Positions 58,961-64,000 of a stretch of 64,000 nt of DNA are shown piece after piece; position 1 is the stretch's first letter; each line of letters begins with the position of its first letter. The translations under genes were made by a program, and so were the position numbers. The DNA comes from Candidatus Spongiisociaceae bacterium (GTDB lineage: Bacteria; Actinomycetota; Acidimicrobiia; Spongiisociales; Spongiisociaceae). The notes below the pieces were generated by a model that saw nothing but the letters and a program-made list of their open reading frames with translations, was not told the origin of the DNA and made no database searches. The stretch lies in assembly GCA_965219685.1 (NCBI GenBank), contig CBDCOH010000002.1:3200001-3264000 (forward strand), written 5' to 3'.

Positions 58961-59344
58961 TAGGGACCCTCTGCCCGGAGCCCGGACGTTCCAGTCGCGC
59001 CGCGACGTCCGGCCCTTGGAAGGTGCTGATCCATGTTGCGGTTGTGTTCACGGGGCCGCCTTCTCCACAACGGTTGGATATGTCACAGACCCCTCGCATA
59101 CTGGAAGGTGGCTGCAAGACACCAACGGTCCGTGTTGGGTACCGACCGGACCGGGGCTGGGATCATGCTGAACGTACAACCCCGAAAGGGGAAGGCGGGA
59201 CGCGTCTCGGCGCCGAGGAGGCGGCGGCAGGGGGTGGGTCCCGCGGAGGTGACCCGCCCGGCGATTTTCGCGTTCTTGATCCGGCCAGCCGGAGCGGTCG
59301 GGTGGTTACGCCAATCTTCAACGAAACCCCGAACCAGGACCCTA
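58961..59344 (+). repeat. Dispersed ~385-bp intergenic element, copy 3
   Basis: TAGGGACC...GGACCCTA ends; TGTCACAG through GGATCATG aligns closely with the 40747-40845 region. Confidence 0.7.
59081..59102 (+). promoter_or_regulatory. RecA-NDp/PafBC-like promoter motif TGTC-N12-CATACT
   Basis: Same motif and spacing as at 40747. Confidence 0.5.
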
Positions 59345-59383
59345 CGGGGAACACCTACATGATCGGAACCGAACAGGAGGCTT

Positions 59384-61714
59384 TCAGGCGAGCAGCGATC
59401 GGACGTACTGCGGGGTGATTGGAACCCTTCTGACAGGGGTGGCGATGCCTTCCAGTGCAATGTCCACCGCATTCGCCACCGCGGCCGGAGGAGCTACGGC
59501 ACCCCCCTCGCCGACACCTTTCAAGCCGAGCGGGTTGAGCGGTGAGGGGGTCTCCAAGTGGTCCACCACCAGCGACGGGACATCCCGAGCGGTGGGGATG
59601 ACGTACGCGGCGAGAGAGGCGTTGAGAGGCTGCCCTTGGTCGTCGAACACGATCTCTTCGAGCAGGGCCTCACCGATCCCCTGCGCTACACCACCGTGGA
59701 TCTGGGCATCGACGACCATCGGGTTGATCACATTCCCGCAGTCGTGGACCACGACATACTTGAGTACGGAAGCCTCACCCGTTTCGACATCCACCGCGAC
59801 GGTTGCGGCGTGCGCCCCGTATGACCATGTGACCGTGCTGGGCTGGAAATAGGCGGTGTCCTCCAGTTCCTCACCCCGGCCCCCTGCGATCATGGCCAAC
59901 TCCGCCAGCTTCAGTTCTGTCCGATCCGAGCCGGCTTGCCGGACCCCGTCCCCGGTCAGCTCGAGAGACTCGACCGGAATCCCCAGGTCCCGGGACGCCA
60001 GATCCAGGCAGCGTCGCTTCAACGCCTCCGAGGCGATAGCGACGGCGTTACCCGCCACCACAGCCACCCGGCTGGCGACCGTCCCCCAACCACGCTCGAT
60101 CTTGCCCGTGTCTCCGCCGGTTACCGAGATCAGATCGATCGGCACGCCGAGATGGTCGGCGCACACCTGGGCCAGCGTGGTTTCGTGTGCTTGGCCCTGG
60201 GAGGAAGCTCCCGTGCAAGCCTCGATCGCACCGGTGGGGGAGAGGCGAACAACGGCGCCCTCGAAGGGCCCGATCCCGGTTCCCTCCGTGTAGAAGGCGT
60301 AACCCGTGCCCACCCTGAGACCCCGGTTCTCCGCATCGACGAGAGCCCGATCGCCCGCTCCCATCGAAACGAGTGCAGCGGCCCGCTCAAGCGCCTTGCG
60401 GTAGTCCCCGCTGTCGAGAACCAGGGGCCGGCCGTCGCGGTAGAGCAGGCCGGTTGCCGTCGGCAGGCTCTCGGACTCGATGATGTTCCGCCTGCGAAGC
60501 TCCAACGGATCGATAGACAGTTGGCGTGCCGCCATGTCAATCACTCTCTCGACCGCGAACACCGCCTCAGGCCTGCCGGCTCCGCGGTAGGGCGCGTTGG
60601 GGACCTTGTTGGTGACGACCGCCGTGCCGACCGCCCGCAGGTGCCGGATGTCGTAAACGCCCATGAGATGGCTGAGTGTGTTGTACGGGAGCACGACACC
60701 GAGAGGGTTGTACGCCCCGCAATCGACGAGGAACTTGTCCCTGAGACCGAGGATCCGTCCCTCGGATGTGAGCGCCAGTTCGATCTCATGTACCTGATCC
60801 CTGGCTTGGATGGCGCTCAGAAAGTGCTCGGTCCTGTCCTCGATCCACCTGATGGAGGTCCGTAGTTCCACTGCCAGAAGGGACACGATCAGGTCTTCCG
60901 GGTACAGGACCCCCTTGATACCGAAGCCGCCTCCGACATCCGGAACGACTACCCGGACCCGATCAGCACCGAGGCCGGTAACCCTGGCCACCGCCTTCCT
61001 GAGAGGATGGGCGTTCTGGGTGGAGGACCAGAGGGTCAGGCCCGACTCGGAATCGTACCGGGCGAGCGCACCTCTGGTCTCCATGGGCACTCCGGCTTGC
61101 CGGGCTATGGTGAGCCTGGATCCCACAACCAGGTCGGCGGCGTCGAATGCGTGGTCGGGTTCCCCCAGTTCCACCCTGAATCGCGCAGCGATGTTGTCGG
61201 CCCATTCGTCGTGGACCAGCGGGGAGTCCGCCCGGAGGGCAGAGTCAGGATCCAGGACCGGCGGAAGGTCCTCGTATCCAACGTCTACCTGCTCCGCGCC
61301 GTCCACGGCATCGGTCCGGTTCTCGGCCACCACCACCGCCACCGGCTGTCCCACATACCTTGCCCGTCGCTGGGCCAGCAAAGGAGGACTCGAACTACGC
61401 ATCGACGGACGGAGGGCTTCGATGAGCGCCTCCGGGGGAGCGTCCCAGAGAAACGGAGGAAGCGGATCGGTCGGGAAGTCACGCCACGTGTACACCCCGA
61501 CCACTCCGGGAACGTGTTCGGCTCCTGCCGGGTCGATTCCGCTCACGGAAGCATGGGCGAGCGGGCTTCGCACGAATCGGACATGGAGGGAGTCGCTCGA
61601 TCCGAGGTCCTCTATGAAACGGCCCTCGCCTCGCAAGAACCTCCCATCCTCTAACCTGAGGACCGACCGGCCAACCCACTGCGGTCCTTGGTCTGGTTCC
61701 CTGTCCGCGTTCAT
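59384..61714 (-). CDS. Xanthine dehydrogenase family molybdopterin-binding large subunit (form II CoxL-like)
   Basis: FVRSPLAHA, VGGGFG.K, APYRGAGRPE, GQAHET, DCG.VINP, KGVGEGG. Confidence 0.9.
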   Translation of the reverse strand: MNADREPDQGPQWVGRSVLRLEDGRFLRGEGRFIEDLGSSDSLHVRFVRSPLAHASVSGIDPAGAEHVPGVVGVYTWRDFPTDPLPPFLWDAPPEALIEALRPSMRSSSPPLLAQRRARYVGQPVAVVVAENRTDAVDGAEQVDVGYEDLPPVLDPDSALRADSPLVHDEWADNIAARFRVELGEPDHAFDAADLVVGSRLTIARQAGVPMETRGALARYDSESGLTLWSSTQNAHPLRKAVARVTGLGADRVRVVVPDVGGGFGIKGVLYPEDLIVSLLAVELRTSIRWIEDRTEHFLSAIQARDQVHEIELALTSEGRILGLRDKFLVDCGAYNPLGVVLPYNTLSHLMGVYDIRHLRAVGTAVVTNKVPNAPYRGAGRPEAVFAVERVIDMAARQLSIDPLELRRRNIIESESLPTATGLLYRDGRPLVLDSGDYRKALERAAALVSMGAGDRALVDAENRGLRVGTGYAFYTEGTGIGPFEGAVVRLSPTGAIEACTGASSQGQAHETTLAQVCADHLGVPIDLISVTGGDTGKIERGWGTVASRVAVVAGNAVAIASEALKRRCLDLASRDLGIPVESLELTGDGVRQAGSDRTELKLAELAMIAGGRGEELEDTAYFQPSTVTWSYGAHAATVAVDVETGEASVLKYVVVHDCGNVINPMVVDAQIHGGVAQGIGEALLEEIVFDDQGQPLNASLAAYVIPTARDVPSLVVDHLETPSPLNPLGLKGVGEGGAVAPPAAVANAVDIALEGIATPVRRVPITPQYVRSLLA

Positions 61715-62261
61715 GTCCGGCCCGGCTCGATTCCTCCTGTGCAGACCTCGCAGATCGGCAGGGTGTCGTGAACGCTCTCTCCAGACCTGCAGAGTTGGAG
61801 TCGTGACTCTAACAATCCTCACGAGGGCTCTAGCAGGGTGGTGTGAAACCCCTCTTGCGAGCCATCGACCGATGACAAAGTGCCTGGTCATAGGAGGACG
61901 GGCCGTTGCGACTTCCGTTCTAGACCGTCCGCCTATGCATCGAACCGAACGAGTTCCCGGGATCGAAAGCGATCACAAACCCAGGAATCCTGTACGGTTC
62001 CGAGGGAGCGATGGTAGGGTCATCGCATTGAGTTCTCCGTCCTGCTGCGACGGATCGGCAAGGCTGAGAGCCGGAAATTCCAGTCGTGGTCGTCTAGCGC
62101 GTCTGCCGTCCCGTACCAACCCTACAGCCTCCATCGAGTTCCCCATCAGGTAGGAGGACTCGGTTGGCAGGCAAAGAGAAGGGAACAAATCGACATCCGC
62201 GAATCGAGGTAACGGGACAAAGGCTCAGTCGGGCGAGGAGACGAGGGAGGAGCCTGAAGCG

Positions 62262-64000
62262 ATGAGAACCCTTATTTCGAAACTGATGTTGCCGGCCGTC
62301 GCGGTGTGCCTCTTGGCAGCCGCCTGCGGGACCGACGAACCGGCTGAAACCGCTGCAACCCAAGCTCCCAGCCAAACGACCGCGCCGGCCGCGCCGGAGA
62401 CGACTCAAGCTACCGAGTCGACCGAGCCCGAGACCATGGAGGAGCCGGCCGACACAGCAGAACAGCCGGTCGAAACCACGCAGGCGGCGGGTCCTGAGCG
62501 CGTGGAGGAGGTGGTCCTGGCGACCATCGACACCGAGTTCGACCTCACCGCGCTGGATTGGAACTACGGATATCCCGGCCTCGAGTTCGTCGCCTTGCAG
62601 TACGACACGCTGGCGTTCGTAGACGAGCAGGGGAATGTGATCCCGTGGCTGGCTACCTCGTGGGAACTCAACGACGATGCATCCGAATGGACCTTCACCC
62701 TCCGTGATGATGTCAGATGGCACGACGGGGAGAGCTTCACAGCCGAGGACGTGGCGTTCACGGTCGACTACCACAACCAAGTGGTGAGAAAGAGTATCGG
62801 CTACAGCGCCGCCCGCGAATTCGAAGCCGAGGTCGTCGACGATCACACCGTGATCCTCCGGGCTCCGACGCCGGAACCCGACATGGCTCTGAAGCTCAAG
62901 AAACTGTTCATACTTCCCCAGCACCTCTGGGAAGGTGTGGGGACAGGCTTGGAGATCGACGAGGCGGAAGAGGTATACCGAGCCTTCGACGACCACACGG
63001 GTACCGGACCCTTCAAGTTCGTCTCCTTCGATGGCGCGACCTACGTCTTCGAAGCGAACGACGACTACTTCCATGGACCCCCCACCGTCCAGCGCCTGAT
63101 CATCCCGATCATCAGCAACGTCACCGCCATGTTCTCAGCAATGCAGAGTGGCGAGATACATGCTTCGGCGACCGAAGTCCCGCCCGAGTCGGTCGCCTTG
63201 CTCGGTGGCGACCCGAATATCGAGCTCGCCACCGGCACGCTGTTCTCCAACGTCAACCTGCTGATAAACAACAGCAAGGAGCCGTGGAGCAACCCGATTG
63301 TCCGGAATGCGATCGCCAACGCGATCAACATCGATGAGATCATCGATTTCGTTGCGCTTGGAGCTGCGACACCGGGCAGCGCCGGGATGCTGCATCCGGA
63401 CACGCCGCTTGGAATCCCCGGCCTCGTGCCCGAGTACGACCCGGCGGCAGCTGCGGCGGCGCTCGACGGCCTGGGCTATCTCGACACGGACGGTGACGGG
63501 ATCAGGGAACTCACCGACGGCACCCCAATGAGCTACGAGCTCTCCGCCTGGTCGGAGGATCCGCAGATGGTACGGATCGCGGAGTTGGTGGCCGAGTACC
63601 TGGGCGAGATCGGCATCGAGGTGATCCCGCGTCCCACCGAGACCAACACGGCTCTGACCCTCTACTGGCCGGCGTTCAACCGTGCGACCGGAGGACCGGG
63701 ACCGTACGACATAGCAATATCCGGTTGGTCCCCTGCCGCGCAGGAGGTTCCCGCCAAAGGGCTGGACGAGTTCTTCCACTCCGACCCGGAACGGGGCCGC
63801 CTGAACCTGGAGTGGTACACCAATCCCGAAATGGATGCACTGCTCGACCAGCTCGCCGCGACATCCGACGAGGCCGCGCGGAACGACCTCATGAGGGACA
63901 TCCAGCTGCTGGCCTTCGAGGACATGCCGCGTGTCACGATCTGGTACCCGAATGCCTCCTTCGCGTACCGGCCCGAGGTGTACGACGGGTGGCGCTCGAT
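62262..64000 (+). CDS. Peptide/nickel ABC substrate-binding lipoprotein (family 5), runs off the window edge
   Basis: Manual translation MRTLISKLMLPAVAVCLLAAACG (lipobox); PWLATSWE...WTFTLRDDVRWHDGESFTAEDVAFT; GTGPFK; GGAGG RBS. Confidence 0.9.
   Translation, partial: MRTLISKLMLPAVAVCLLAAACGTDEPAETAATQAPSQTTAPAAPETTQATESTEPETMEEPADTAEQPVETTQAAGPERVEEVVLATIDTEFDLTALDWNYGYPGLEFVALQYDTLAFVDEQGNVIPWLATSWELNDDASEWTFTLRDDVRWHDGESFTAEDVAFTVDYHNQVVRKSIGYSAAREFEAEVVDDHTVILRAPTPEPDMALKLKKLFILPQHLWEGVGTGLEIDEAEEVYRAFDDHTGTGPFKFVSFDGATYVFEANDDYFHGPPTVQRLIIPIISNVTAMFSAMQSGEIHASATEVPPESVALLGGDPNIELATGTLFSNVNLLINNSKEPWSNPIVRNAIANAINIDEIIDFVALGAATPGSAGMLHPDTPLGIPGLVPEYDPAAAAAALDGLGYLDTDGDGIRELTDGTPMSYELSAWSEDPQMVRIAELVAEYLGEIGIEVIPRPTETNTALTLYWPAFNRATGGPGPYDIAISGWSPAAQEVPAKGLDEFFHSDPERGRLNLEWYTNPEMDALLDQLAATSDEAARNDLMRDIQLLAFEDMPRVTIWYPNASFAYRPEVYDGWRS

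Noticed and set aside
59384-61714. Form I CO dehydrogenase coxL
   Set aside because: Lacks the AYXCSFR motif and the cox accessory genes.
61715-62261. Cobalamin, TPP or SAM riboswitch upstream of the binding protein
   Set aside because: Conserved cores could not be identified by eye.
1-64000. tRNA, rRNA or prophage
   Set aside because: No cloverleaf or rRNA signatures, and no integrase or phage structural genes were recognised.

Overview
High-GC window, probably from an actinobacterium. The gene content and lipoprotein style suggest Acidimicrobiia-like, possibly host- or sponge-associated, but this is inference. Most of it is catabolic and transport genes: two class III aminotransferases, an M24 hydrolase, amidohydrolases, SDR and Gfo/Idh/MocA oxidoreductases, sugar isomerases, rhaM, two S9 peptidases, an orphan Mo-hydroxylase large subunit, metal-chelate, sugar and peptide ABC systems and two SLC13 permeases. 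Accessory DNA includes a complete IS1380-family element (38959-40624, CTTAG target duplication), several toxin-antitoxin modules with decayed toxins, a Rad50/RloC-like ATPase with a small HEPN-like partner, and a ThsB-like TIR gene facing a small membrane protein next to an AAA_14-DUF4143 ATPase. Less obvious structure: (i) three diverged copies of a ~380-bp intergenic element, each with a RecA-NDp/PafBC-like promoter motif followed by a hairpin; (ii) iteron-like tandem repeats upstream of two different ATPase genes; (iii) an apparently identical 924-bp in-frame duplication in a sugar-binding protein with shifted codon usage; (iv) a 1.2-kb insert flanked by a ~70-bp duplication of an operon junction. 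No rRNA, tRNA or CRISPR array was seen.
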